Shown: positions 20,151-29,568 of the stretch, in pieces
How positions within the stretch are numbered: the stretch's first letter is position 1
Layout: each line of letters begins with the position of its first letter
Assembly: GCF_900232105.1 (NCBI RefSeq)
Contig: NZ_LT934425.1
Span: 3,480,001 to 3,512,000, forward strand
Length of the DNA stretch: 32,000 nt
Direction of reading: 5' to 3'
DNA from: Candidatus Kuenenia stuttgartensis
Lineage (GTDB): Bacteria; Planctomycetota; Brocadiia; Brocadiales; Brocadiaceae
Translations under genes and position numbers: made by a program
The notes under the pieces: model-generated
Databases searched by the model: none
Told to the model about the DNA's origin: nothing
Seen by the model: only the letters and a program-made list of their open reading frames with translations

Positions 20151-20809
20151 TGGAGCCTGCCATTTCTCATGGTAAATGTTTCATCCGCAATTTCCTTAAA
20201 ACGGGGGTCATGTGCTGCTACAACGATAGTAGCGCCTCTGTTTTTTAATTCAATCAGTGTATTCATCAGTTTTACGCATGTTTCTTCATCAATATTAGAC
20301 GTCGGTTCGTCAGCAATAATGATTCCGGGATTATTTATCAGCGCCCGTGCAATTGCAACGCGCTGCTGCTGTCCGCCGCTGAGTTCTTCCGGTGTATGGG
20401 TCACTCTCTCTCCCAGATCCATCATATCTAAAAGTGTCTTTGCCCTTTTGAAACGTTCTTTTGTGCCAATCCCCACAGGAATGAGCGGATACGAAACGTT
20501 TTCCCAGCTTGGTAGTCTGGGAATAAGCATAAAATCCTGGAAGATAAAACCGATCTTTTCGCGCCGCAATACAGAAAGGGCGATATCGGAAAATGCGGTG
20601 ATTTCCTCTTCGTTAATAAATACTTTACCGGTAGTTGGTCTGTCTAACGTCCCGATAATGTTGAGCAATGTGGTCTTGCCAGAACCCGAAGGCCCTTTCA
20701 GTACGACAAAACTATTTTTGGCGATAGTGAGATTTACCTCCTCTACGGCACGTACTTCGTGTTTTGTGTTAGCGTTATACCATTTGCGTATGTTTTCCAT
20801 CCGTATCAT
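20147..20809 (-). CDS. ABC transporter ATP-binding protein, LolD/MacB type
   Basis: GPSGSGKTTLLNIIGTLDRPTTG, LSGGQQQRVAIARALINNPGIIIADEPTSNID. ATG at 20809 fits better than the longer ORF start (20851). Confidence 0.92.
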   Translation of the reverse strand: MIRMENIRKWYNANTKHEVRAVEEVNLTIAKNSFVVLKGPSGSGKTTLLNIIGTLDRPTTGKVFINEEEITAFSDIALSVLRREKIGFIFQDFMLIPRLPSWENVSYPLIPVGIGTKERFKRAKTLLDMMDLGERVTHTPEELSGGQQQRVAIARALINNPGIIIADEPTSNIDEETCVKLMNTLIELKNRGATIVVAAHDPRFKEIADETFTMRNGRLQ

Positions 20810-21957
20810 TATTTCATTGCAACAACCGGTGATTCGGTTGAAGCCCTCCACGAGGAATAGATGCTCCCTACCATGGTTAAGAGAAAGGCAAAGAAAAAAC
20901 CCAGCAAAAGCGGCAGCGGAAGGAATTTCGAAGGCACGTTAAACTTGGGCAAAAGGGTTGTTTCTGAAATGAAAAATTGACCAATGAACGCACCGTTGAA
21001 TACCCTGATCCAAAGGATTGATACAATAATTGCTATGGTCGCCCCTAGCAGGCTGATGAGTAATTGTTCAAAAGTAATGAGTTCCAGCACTTCGAGCGTA
21101 TTCCATCCGGTTGCTTTCATAATGCCTATCTCTTTTCTCCGGTCCGACAATCCGAAGCCTGATGCTACAAGAATTGCAGGTATGCCCAGGGCAAAGGCGA
21201 CAACATATAATGCGGTAAAAAGCCCTTCTTTCAGCAAAAATCCCTTTTTTACAAATAGTTCAATAATATGTTTATCCTGCAAGCGGTAAGGTTCGTTCAT
21301 TAATAGCGTATACAAATCAGTGGCTATCTCCGCATTGTGCCCGGGGATGCTGTATATTTGTATGTCCGTGGCGACGTCAGTCCTTCCGAACAATTCCCCT
21401 GCATCTTTAAAAGACATAAAGAGCAGGGAAGCACCCCAAATGCCCGAGTCTGCGGAGAACATTCCTACGACAGTAAACACCTTTCGTTGCTGTCCGCGCA
21501 TGCTGAACTGATCGCCAATGCGCAATTGAAAATGCCGGGCTAATTCGTTGCCTACGACGACTTCATCAGGGTTTTCAAACATCCTTCCGGAAATACACGA
21601 CACGGAATCAGGGACGTCTTTTTCACTGATTCCAACGATTACCGCCAGTTTGTTTTGAAAATAAGCCCTGCCTATAATGCGCGGCACTGCCTTTTTAACC
21701 CCGAAAATATGCCTGATTCCTTCCAGATATTTCAATGGAACAGAGGTGTTTCTGCCGAATTCATCAAATGTAAGGTAGAGATCGCCTCCTTCGTTAACCG
21801 AGACAAGGGATTGCGCACGTATTCCGTCAGAAATGGAAATTGCGGTAATAAAAGGCGTCACAATTGCTATTATACAAAGACATACCACAACGGTCTTTGC
21901 CCTGTGCCGTAACAGATTTTCACTTGCGAGCAGAAGTAAATTAATATGTTTATTCAA
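20809..21957 (-). CDS. ABC transporter permease, MacB/FtsX type
   Basis: SENLLRHRAKTVVVCLCIIAIV, DVPDSVSCISGRMFENPDEVVVG, GLSDRRKEIGIMKATGWNTLEVL plus C-terminal helices. TTG start as listed. Confidence 0.85.
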   Translation of the reverse strand: MNKHINLLLLASENLLRHRAKTVVVCLCIIAIVTPFITAISISDGIRAQSLVSVNEGGDLYLTFDEFGRNTSVPLKYLEGIRHIFGVKKAVPRIIGRAYFQNKLAVIVGISEKDVPDSVSCISGRMFENPDEVVVGNELARHFQLRIGDQFSMRGQQRKVFTVVGMFSADSGIWGASLLFMSFKDAGELFGRTDVATDIQIYSIPGHNAEIATDLYTLLMNEPYRLQDKHIIELFVKKGFLLKEGLFTALYVVAFALGIPAILVASGFGLSDRRKEIGIMKATGWNTLEVLELITFEQLLISLLGATIAIIVSILWIRVFNGAFIGQFFISETTLLPKFNVPSKFLPLPLLLGFFFAFLLTMVGSIYSSWRASTESPVVAMK

Positions 21958-22155
21958 AACAAAAAAATACCCGGTTGTTTAATGCGTAATGGATAAGAAT
22001 GCCTGAAGGCCATAACGTGCTATTCGTAATATTGCAGAGAAAGATTGTACAAAGTGTTTGGAGATTTATTTTAATCCAATAATTTTGGCTTTGCAAGGGT
22101 GTTTCATAGAGAAAGAAATAAGGTCTATGAACTATGAACTATGAACTATGAACTA

Positions 22156-23421
22156 TCAACTATCAATTAATTCTTTATTCTTCCTTCGCCTGATCGATTG
22201 TATTCTTTCCAATATCGGCGGATGGGAATAATGAAAAGCCGCGTAGAGTGGATGTGGATAGAGATTGGAAAGATTATCCTTTGAGAGCTTTACAAGCATG
22301 TTTATCATGCTCTTATTGTCCTTTGTCATTTCATAAGAAAACGCATCCGCCTCATATTCGTGTTTCCGGGAAAAATAGTGTGAAAGGGGGCTGAAGGGGA
22401 ATGCTGCTATAGAGCCTAAAAATCCAATGATAACAATCTTCGCAAAAAAAGTGCTTTCCTTCAATTGGAAGAGCTGTATCAGGCCTTCTTTCTGCATTAT
22501 ATTGAATGAAATAAACATTACAATAATTGCAATAATTTCAGAAACAATAAGGTGTTTCATAAGATGTTTTTTCTTCCAGTGTCCTGCTTCATGTGCAAGT
22601 ACTGCAATAATTTCGTCTTTTTCCATCTGCCCGATAAGCGTATCATAAAGAACGATCCTTTTTACTTTTCCAATGCCGGTAAAATAGGCGTTCGTGTGCT
22701 TCGTTCTCTTTGATGCGTCCATTTGGAAGACGCTCTTTACTTTAATGCCCACCTTTTGCATAAGTTCCCTTATCCCTTTTTGAAGCGATTCGTCTTCTAC
22801 GGGAGTAAATGTGTTAAAGATAGGCGCTATTACATACGGGAATATATACATCATGAGAATGCTGAATAATAAGAAAAAGCACCATATCCAGAACCACCAT
22901 AAACCAGGGCTGGCCTGTACGATGAAAAATCCCGTTGCGATTATGAAAGAAACCATGATGGTTGTTATTAAAAGTGATTTCCACAAGTCTGTTATCCATA
23001 GCTTCATTGTTGTGGTTGTGAAGCCATATTTATTCTCAATGACAAATGTATGGTACAGTTTGAAGGGAATCATCAAAACGGTATCTGCATAAAGCAGTAT
23101 CAGGAAGAAGACTAACCCTGATACAATGAAGGGCATTTTCAAAGATACAATCCATGAGTTGTAACTATCAAGCAAACCGCCAAATAGAAAGGCCAGCAGA
23201 ATTGCGTTATGGAAGAGAGAACTTACAAAATTGAACTTTGTGTTTTCAATAACGTACCTTTGCGTCTTATTGAGTAATTCCTGGTCTATGTAGCCCTCGA
23301 AGTCCGGAGGGATTTTGTTCCCATGTTTCTTTAAGTGGGAAAGATTAAGGTAATCTAGCCAGTACCCCGCAATTACCACAAAGATATATGCTGACAATAC
23401 AATGATGAGATAGTTATTCAT
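22156..23421 (-). CDS. M48-family metallopeptidase (CAAX protease / Ste24 type)
   Basis: IIAVLAHEAGHWKKKHLMKHL (HExxH), YEADAFSYEM, N-terminal multi-helix region. Confidence 0.92.
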   Translation of the reverse strand: MNNYLIIVLSAYIFVVIAGYWLDYLNLSHLKKHGNKIPPDFEGYIDQELLNKTQRYVIENTKFNFVSSLFHNAILLAFLFGGLLDSYNSWIVSLKMPFIVSGLVFFLILLYADTVLMIPFKLYHTFVIENKYGFTTTTMKLWITDLWKSLLITTIMVSFIIATGFFIVQASPGLWWFWIWCFFLLFSILMMYIFPYVIAPIFNTFTPVEDESLQKGIRELMQKVGIKVKSVFQMDASKRTKHTNAYFTGIGKVKRIVLYDTLIGQMEKDEIIAVLAHEAGHWKKKHLMKHLIVSEIIAIIVMFISFNIMQKEGLIQLFQLKESTFFAKIVIIGFLGSIAAFPFSPLSHYFSRKHEYEADAFSYEMTKDNKSMINMLVKLSKDNLSNLYPHPLYAAFHYSHPPILERIQSIRRRKNKELIDS

Positions 23422-23427
23422 ACCTGT

Positions 23428-24669
23428 TTAATCCACCTTATGGTTTTGTAAGAAGCGTAGTGTCATATAAAGCGCTGTGTTTGCTGAAAAATGTTTGTTG
23501 GAAATCCTTGTGCCGTGAAATTGGCATTTTTTTACTTCGGTAAAATTATCACCTGTAATTGCAATGTAAACCAGTCCGACGGGTTTTTTGTCTGTGCCTC
23601 CGCCTGGCCCTGCAATGCCGGTGATTCCAATGCCGATGCTTGCTTCAGAGACCTTTCTGGCGCCCTTTGCCATTGCTTCCGCCACTTGAGGACTCACTGC
23701 CCCATGCGTTGCAATACATAATTCCGGTACGTGTAAAATAGTTATCTTTGCTTTGTTGCTGTATGCGACGATTCCTTCCGGAAAATAATCGGATATGCCG
23801 GGGATATTGGTAAGTTTGTCAGAGACGAGCCCTCCGGTGCAGGATTCCGCAACCGCGAGAGTTGCATTCTTTTGTTTTAAAAGCTCATACACGGCGTATT
23901 CGAGACTTGTGTCATCCGTTCCAAAAACCGCCTGCCCAAGTGTTTTCCTTAAGGCTGCCTCTGCGGCGTCCAGCTTCTGCAGGGCATCTTCTTTGACAAG
24001 GGACGTAGTGAATGCATTGATAGTAACAATACCGTCATGAACCAACGTCATTATTTTTATTGAATTATTAATAACGCCGGATTCCCCAATGAGTTTGTTT
24101 ATTTCAAATTCAGGCATTCCAAATGTATGAAATTGCCTTGTTGCGATACACGTATCGTCTGTCAAATGCCGCGCTTTATATATTTTCAAATAGGAGTTAA
24201 GCATTTGTCGCATTTCTCCAGGTACGCCGGGGAGGCATACGATATCTGTCTCATTATAGTTAATTGCAAAGCCTGTCGCCGTTCCGTGATCATTGGGAAT
24301 GATAAGGGCGCCGGAGGGGATTGATTTTATTTTTTTTGTGCCTTCGTGCAATGTGTCTGCGCATTGTGGCTTGTTGGTATATGATTCACCGCTGGGTATT
24401 AATGGCATGTTAAAGAGATCTGATACTATTTCGCGTGTGAGGTCGTTTTCTGTTGGGCCGAGGCCGCCGGTTGTGATAATCAGCCGTACCCGGTCTTTGG
24501 CGATATTAAGTGCGGATCTTAATAATTCAGCATCATCGCGGACTGCTGTGGCAAAAAGGACATGAATCCCGTTTTTAGTCAACATTTCCGCAATATACCG
24601 GGTATTCGTCTCGGCTATTTGACCGAGAGCGATTTCCGTGCCTATGGCAATGATTTCCGCAGTAGTCAT
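23428..24669 (-). CDS. cinA: CinA-family nicotinamide-nucleotide amidohydrolase-related protein
   Basis: AEIIAIGTEIALGQIAETNTRYIAEMLTKNGI, ITTGGLGPTENDLTREI, VAESCTGGLVSDKLTNIPGISDYF, GIAGPGGGTDKKPVGLVYI. Confidence 0.95.
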   Translation of the reverse strand: MTTAEIIAIGTEIALGQIAETNTRYIAEMLTKNGIHVLFATAVRDDAELLRSALNIAKDRVRLIITTGGLGPTENDLTREIVSDLFNMPLIPSGESYTNKPQCADTLHEGTKKIKSIPSGALIIPNDHGTATGFAINYNETDIVCLPGVPGEMRQMLNSYLKIYKARHLTDDTCIATRQFHTFGMPEFEINKLIGESGVINNSIKIMTLVHDGIVTINAFTTSLVKEDALQKLDAAEAALRKTLGQAVFGTDDTSLEYAVYELLKQKNATLAVAESCTGGLVSDKLTNIPGISDYFPEGIVAYSNKAKITILHVPELCIATHGAVSPQVAEAMAKGARKVSEASIGIGITGIAGPGGGTDKKPVGLVYIAITGDNFTEVKKCQFHGTRISNKHFSANTALYMTLRFLQNHKVD

Positions 24670-24912
24670 TTAATGTTGCTTCCTAAAGCTGGCATAGCCA
24701 GTACCAAACAGGTATGAGATAAAAAACACGAAACACGAAGCACGAAATACAAAACGAATTCCAAAATACAAAATCCCAATGAAAAGAACCTGGTATTGAA
24801 CATTTCCCCCTGCTGTTTTGTTTTATTGAAACATTTCTTAAAAATGCATTTTACATGAAAGGATTTATACATACAACTTTAGATTTACGATGTACGATTT
24901 TAAATTCTAAAA

Positions 24913-26745
24913 TCACGTCTTTGCCGCACTGTGAAAATGATTATAAACTTCATTTGCCAGTTTTGCCGGTAATTTGCCTATTTCTGTTAATTGGTTTATT
25001 GTGGCGTTTCGAATGCCTTCAATGCTTCCAAAGCGTTTTATCAGCGCTTTTTTTCTGATAATGCCGATGCCTGGGATTTCATCGAGGGGCGATTTGTAAT
25101 ACTCTTTGTCACGAAGTTTTCTGTGATAGGCAATGGCAAACCGGTGCGCCTCATCACGAATTTTGGCAAGGAATAAGAGGACGGGGGATGAAGACGGAAG
25201 GAGTATCGGATGAGGTATGTGGGGGGCGTGGACTTGTTCCCCCTGCTCTCCCTTAGGAATACCGCTTTTTCCTCTGTCTTTTGATAATGCGAGAAGGTCC
25301 GTATCATTTATTGCGAGTTCTTCAAACACCCTGAGCGCAACGCCCAATTGTCCCTTCCCCCCGTCTACCATAACGAGATCCGGCAAATCTCCCTCTTCGA
25401 CTGCCCTTTTATACCTGCGTAATAATACTTCATGCATCATTGCGTAATCGTCTATCTGGTCTACTGTTTTTATCCTGAAGCGTTTATATTTCGATTTGTC
25501 AGGCATGCCGCATTTGAACGTTACCATTGAACCTACCGCTTGTTTGCCAAAAATGTTGGAGATATCAAAACACTCTATACGTTCCGGCAGGTTTCTCAGT
25601 CCGATAACATCCTTCAGCGCCTGTAATGTGCGTGAATAATTATCGTCCTGCGTCTGCGATACCTTATAGGCATTCATCGCATTTTTTTGCGCCATTTCAA
25701 TAAGACGTAATTTATCACCGCGTTTCGGGCAAAACACGGAAACCTTTTTCCCCTTTCTTTCGGTAAGCCACTCTTCCAGCAAAACAGCATCCGGGGAATT
25801 AACCGGTATGATAACTTCAGAAGGGATAAATCGGGTCTGACTATAAAATTGATTTAAAAATGAACGAAATACCTCTTCGATTGTAGTATGGTTTATTGAT
25901 AAACGATAGGAAGCGATGTCTTCCATATTGCCTGAGCGGATAAACATTACTTCAATATATACATCATTATCTGTAAGGTAATAACCAAAGACGTCCCGGT
26001 CGATAAAGGTAAGGGAATTGATCCTCTGCTTCTCAACGGTTTGTTCGATGGACTGTATCTGGTCGCGCAGTTTTGCCGCCTTTTCATATCGCAACTGTTT
26101 CGACTCTTCGTACATTTGTTTCCGGAGAATGCTGATAAGGTCTTCCTGTTTGCCTTTTAAGAGAAGGATTACCTGGTCTATCAATGTCTTGTAACCTGCA
26201 CGGTCTATCAGTCCGCAGCAAGGCCCGAGGCACTTATGAATCTGATAATAAAGACACGGCTTTGTCCTGCTTTTGAACGCATTATCCCGGCATTTTCTGA
26301 CAGGGATTGTGTCATTAATGTACCGTAGTGTTTCTCTGACAGCCCTGGCGGAGGCATAGGGGCCAAAGTACATTGCGCCGTCATCTTCCTTCTGGCGAAC
26401 GACTTTCGGATACGGAAAATCTTTGTTGGTTTCCAGTTTGATGCAGAGGAAGTTTTTGTCGTCACGTAAATTGATATTAAATTTGGGTTTGAATTGTTTT
26501 ATAAAATTATTTTCAAGGATAAGGGCTTCTTTTTCAGTCTCCGTAAGCACGAAGTCAATATCAACCACGTGCTTTATTAGATATTCCGTGTAAAGTCTGT
26601 CCCCGGTTCCTTTCTGGAAGTAGCTTCTAACGCGGTTTTTGAGATTCTTTGCCTTGCCAACGTAGATTACCTTATGTTTAGCATCTTTCATAAGATAAAC
26701 GCCGGGAGACACAGGCACGTTTTTTAATTTAAGTGACAAGCTCAT
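24913..26745 (-). CDS. uvrC: Excinuclease ABC subunit C
   Basis: LKNVPVSPGVYLMKDAKHKVIYVGKAKNLKNRVRSYF, IRDEAHRFAIAYHRKLRDKE, SPLDEIPGIGIIRKKALIKRFGSIEGIRNAT. Confidence 0.96.
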   Translation of the reverse strand: MSLSLKLKNVPVSPGVYLMKDAKHKVIYVGKAKNLKNRVRSYFQKGTGDRLYTEYLIKHVVDIDFVLTETEKEALILENNFIKQFKPKFNINLRDDKNFLCIKLETNKDFPYPKVVRQKEDDGAMYFGPYASARAVRETLRYINDTIPVRKCRDNAFKSRTKPCLYYQIHKCLGPCCGLIDRAGYKTLIDQVILLLKGKQEDLISILRKQMYEESKQLRYEKAAKLRDQIQSIEQTVEKQRINSLTFIDRDVFGYYLTDNDVYIEVMFIRSGNMEDIASYRLSINHTTIEEVFRSFLNQFYSQTRFIPSEVIIPVNSPDAVLLEEWLTERKGKKVSVFCPKRGDKLRLIEMAQKNAMNAYKVSQTQDDNYSRTLQALKDVIGLRNLPERIECFDISNIFGKQAVGSMVTFKCGMPDKSKYKRFRIKTVDQIDDYAMMHEVLLRRYKRAVEEGDLPDLVMVDGGKGQLGVALRVFEELAINDTDLLALSKDRGKSGIPKGEQGEQVHAPHIPHPILLPSSSPVLLFLAKIRDEAHRFAIAYHRKLRDKEYYKSPLDEIPGIGIIRKKALIKRFGSIEGIRNATINQLTEIGKLPAKLANEVYNHFHSAAKT

Positions 26746-26756
26746 ATCATATAGTT

Positions 26757-26940
26757 AAAAAAATCGTAACACTTTAGTCTTTTGAAACTGGAAATACTCA
26801 TTTGTAGTGCGACGGGGGTTAGTCGCACCAAAAAAAGTAGTGTGATAAGGAATAGGGTCTACTCAAAACAATGCGACGAACCTCGTCGCACTACATTGTT
26901 GGAATTTTTCAAAATACTAAATTGTTACAAAAAATCTGAT
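26757..26940. mobile_element. MITE-like element immediately upstream of uvrC
   Basis: Left TCGTAACACTTTAGTCTTTTGAAA; right reverse complement TTGTAACAATTTAGTATTTTGAAAAATTCC; interior carries TGTAGTGCGACG / CGTCGCACTACA arms. Confidence 0.6.
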
Positions 26941-27356
26941 TTTAGAAATGTAGGAGCGAAGCATTTGCCTGCGCTATACTTTTAACTTCTCAAACAGTCC
27001 GCAGTCCACAGTCTGCAATTTGCCGACTGCCGACTCTACAGTCTTCCCCCCATTAATAAAAGGGGCAAGGGGGGTGTTTACCTCAATTAATTGAGAAGTT
27101 ACCTATACTTTATATCAGCGGCAATGCGTTTTGTAAATATCTTTGACAATTAACAACATCGATGCTATATTTCAAAAACCATGTTGCAGAATACCCGAAT
27201 TAACCAGCACAGGCATAGTTATGATAAGCATTCAGCATCTGAATGAAAACCATTTCCCGCGCGTACAGGCATTTCCTTCCGCCTTCACCGGAACGTAGAT
27301 AACTCCTTCTGTATTTTATATTGATAAATTTTTTACGGATAACAGGTAAGGATACT

Positions 27357-28262
27357 ATGAATACAAATGATCGCTCACAATTACTGACAGAACAGCGAAA
27401 TCCAAATTCAACCGATATCGACAAAAAATCCACATTGGAAATTCTGGACATAATTAACGCAGAGGACGCAAAAGTATTTGCCGCAGTGTATAAGGAGCGT
27501 GAAAATATTGCAAAGGCAGTAGACCTGATAGTAGACGTCTTTATGAATAATAAAGGGCGTTTATTTTATATTGGTTCCGGCACCAGCGGCAGGCTTGGCA
27601 TATTGGACGCTTCCGAGTGTCCACCAACGTTTAGTACGGATCCCAATATGATTACAGGGATCATTGCCGGCGGAGAAAAGGCGGTATTTCAATCAGTGGA
27701 AGGGGCGGAAGATTTCCCGGAAAACGGGGCGAGGGATATCCAGCAAAGAGAGGTGAACCACCGTGATATTGTTGTGGGTATTTCTACCGGCGGTACGACG
27801 CCCTATGTTACGGGTGCACTGTTTGAGGCAAAAAAGCGAAATGCGAAAACGGTGTTTATCTGTTGTAATCCTGAGATAATGCCAAGTTTTGATATCGACG
27901 TTATTATCAGGCCGATTGTGGGTCAGGAGGTAATAACGGGTTCTACCCGCATGAAGGCCGGTACTGCGACAAAGCTTGTGTTAAATATGTTAACAACCAC
28001 TGCAATGATTAAAATTGGTAAGGTTTACGAAAATCTTATGGTAGATTTGAAGGCAATGAACGCAAAACTTACCGACCGTGCCGAGCGTATTATTATGACA
28101 TGTACAGGCATCGGGCGTGAAGATGCTAAAAAGCTGCTGCAGGCGGCGTTTGGCAATGTAAAAGCTGCCATAGTTATGCAGAAACTGGGGATTGATTTTT
28201 CGGAGGCGAAAAAACGCCTTGACGCAAACAACGGTTTTGTAAGGGCAGTTTTGAAAGAATAA
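27357..28262 (+). CDS. murQ: N-acetylmuramic acid 6-phosphate etherase
   Basis: LTEQRNPNSTDIDKKSTLEILDIINAED, YIGSGTSGRLGILDASECPPTF, GITGAL-type sugar-isomerase (SIS) segment VGISTGGTTPYV, EVITGSTRMKAGTATKLVLNM. ATG 27357 preferred over the listed 27321 start. Confidence 0.94.
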   Translation: MNTNDRSQLLTEQRNPNSTDIDKKSTLEILDIINAEDAKVFAAVYKERENIAKAVDLIVDVFMNNKGRLFYIGSGTSGRLGILDASECPPTFSTDPNMITGIIAGGEKAVFQSVEGAEDFPENGARDIQQREVNHRDIVVGISTGGTTPYVTGALFEAKKRNAKTVFICCNPEIMPSFDIDVIIRPIVGQEVITGSTRMKAGTATKLVLNMLTTTAMIKIGKVYENLMVDLKAMNAKLTDRAERIIMTCTGIGREDAKKLLQAAFGNVKAAIVMQKLGIDFSEAKKRLDANNGFVRAVLKE

Positions 28263-28383
28263 GCCCATTTCCTCTATTCGGGTGGTTCAGACATCTTGGC
28301 TGTACGTACAGACAGGACTCTGCACCACCGGAATGGAGAGCGAAGCGCCTCTTCGTCAATCTAAATAATGCTTCGGCAGGTAG

Positions 28384-28410
28384 GGTGGATTAAGCGACAG
28401 CGAATCCACC
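28384..28410. repeat. REP-like imperfect inverted repeat
   Basis: GGTGGATTAAGCGACAGCGAATCCACC. Confidence 0.7.
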
Positions 28411-28626
28411 ATTTCATCTGTCAAAAGCGCCACATCTTGTTCAGTGATTTCAAAAAGGGTTTAATTACAAATCCAGATGTAACCTCCGGCGGGGTCAGGT
28501 TATAAATTTGACGTTTGGGAATTTCAATGTTTTTGTAGAGACACATTGCATGCGTCTGGAAACTGCTGGATGTAAAGCTGTTTTGTTTTTACACCGTGTC
28601 CCATTCACTCAGTCTTCATCATTCAC

Positions 28627-29157
28627 ATGAAAAACAAGAGAGATTGCATTAGATGGATTGTCGCCACATGGTTTGGTTCCGGGCTTCTCCCGAAGGCGCC
28701 AGGCACATGGGGCAGCCTGGCGGCAATTCCCTTTGCGTATATGATTTCCGTATATACCGTTCCCTATGTATTTATCTCAGCAACTGTCGCCTTGTTTCTG
28801 TTTGGCATAGGGGTATCAAACAGCATTGAAAAAAGCGCCCGGAAGAAAGATCCGGGGTTCATTGTTGTTGATGAGGTCGTAGGCCAATGGATAGCCCTGT
28901 TCCCATTGCCTTTTCTCTATAAATGCACCAACCAATATTCCTTCCCCTACTTTTTGATTTCCCTGATAGCAACAGCATTTATTGCCTTCCGTATTTTTGA
29001 TATATGGAAGCCATGGCCCATTAGACATTTAGAACAGAGCATTCCCGGAGGCCTGGGGATTATGCTCGACGATGTTATTGCCGGTTTCTACGCCCTCATA
29101 ATAACCTCCGCATTCACAGCAGGAATACTGTTCATTCGAAACACTTTGGTTTTTTGA
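28627..29157 (+). CDS. pgpA: Phosphatidylglycerophosphatase A
   Basis: TWFGSGLLPKAPGTWGSLAAIP, DPGFIVVDEVVGQWIAL, PGGLGIMLDDVIAG. Confidence 0.92.
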   Translation: MKNKRDCIRWIVATWFGSGLLPKAPGTWGSLAAIPFAYMISVYTVPYVFISATVALFLFGIGVSNSIEKSARKKDPGFIVVDEVVGQWIALFPLPFLYKCTNQYSFPYFLISLIATAFIAFRIFDIWKPWPIRHLEQSIPGGLGIMLDDVIAGFYALIITSAFTAGILFIRNTLVF

Positions 29158-29165
29158 GAAAATAT

Positions 29166-29229
29166 GGGCGAAGCATTTGCTGTAAATAGTCATAAATGCT
29201 TCATACGCAAACGGGCAAATGCTTCGCCC
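29166..29229. repeat. Inverted repeat with 15-bp perfect arms downstream of pgpA
   Basis: GGGCGAAGCATTTGC (29166-29180) and GCAAATGCTTCGCCC (29215-29229). Confidence 0.85.
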
Positions 29230-29336
29230 CTACTTCCTTTTTGTAAAAATTATTGTAACTATTCAACGTAAAACATTCCACGGCTCCAGGCGGGTTTGTA
29301 ACCTGAACCCGCGAATGTATTTTCCAGCGCCAGTGC

Positions 29337-29380
29337 GTGCCCAAGTAGCGGCAATGCATGCATTGCCGCTACTTGGGCAC
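29337..29380. repeat. 44-bp perfect palindrome
   Basis: GTGCCCAAGTAGCGGCAATGCATGCATTGCCGCTACTTGGGCAC. Confidence 0.95.
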
Positions 29381-29396
29381 AAGAACGAAAAATGCA

Positions 29397-29425
29397 TGTA
29401 GTGCGACGAGGTTCGTCGCACTACA
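29397..29425. repeat. Hairpin repeat with 13-bp arms and 3-nt loop
   Basis: TGTAGTGCGACGAGGTTCGTCGCACTACA; the reverse complement of most of it occurs at 26871-26894. Confidence 0.93.
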
Positions 29426-29568
29426 AATGACAATTTCCAGTCAATTTTTATAGGACTATGAGCAGGGCAACCCTTTAGGGTTACTATTCCGTACAAAGAC
29501 TCCTCACTAATCGTTCGGGAGGACAGATTGCCGTTAAACGGCATAGATGATTTAAATCAAAGACTATT

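Noticed and set aside
24666-24872. 68-aa minus-strand ORF overlapping the cinA start
   Set aside because: Encoded by low-complexity intergenic sequence (aaacacgaaacacgaagcacgaaatacaaaacg) that resembles another spacer at about 17085-17110; not convincing as a gene.
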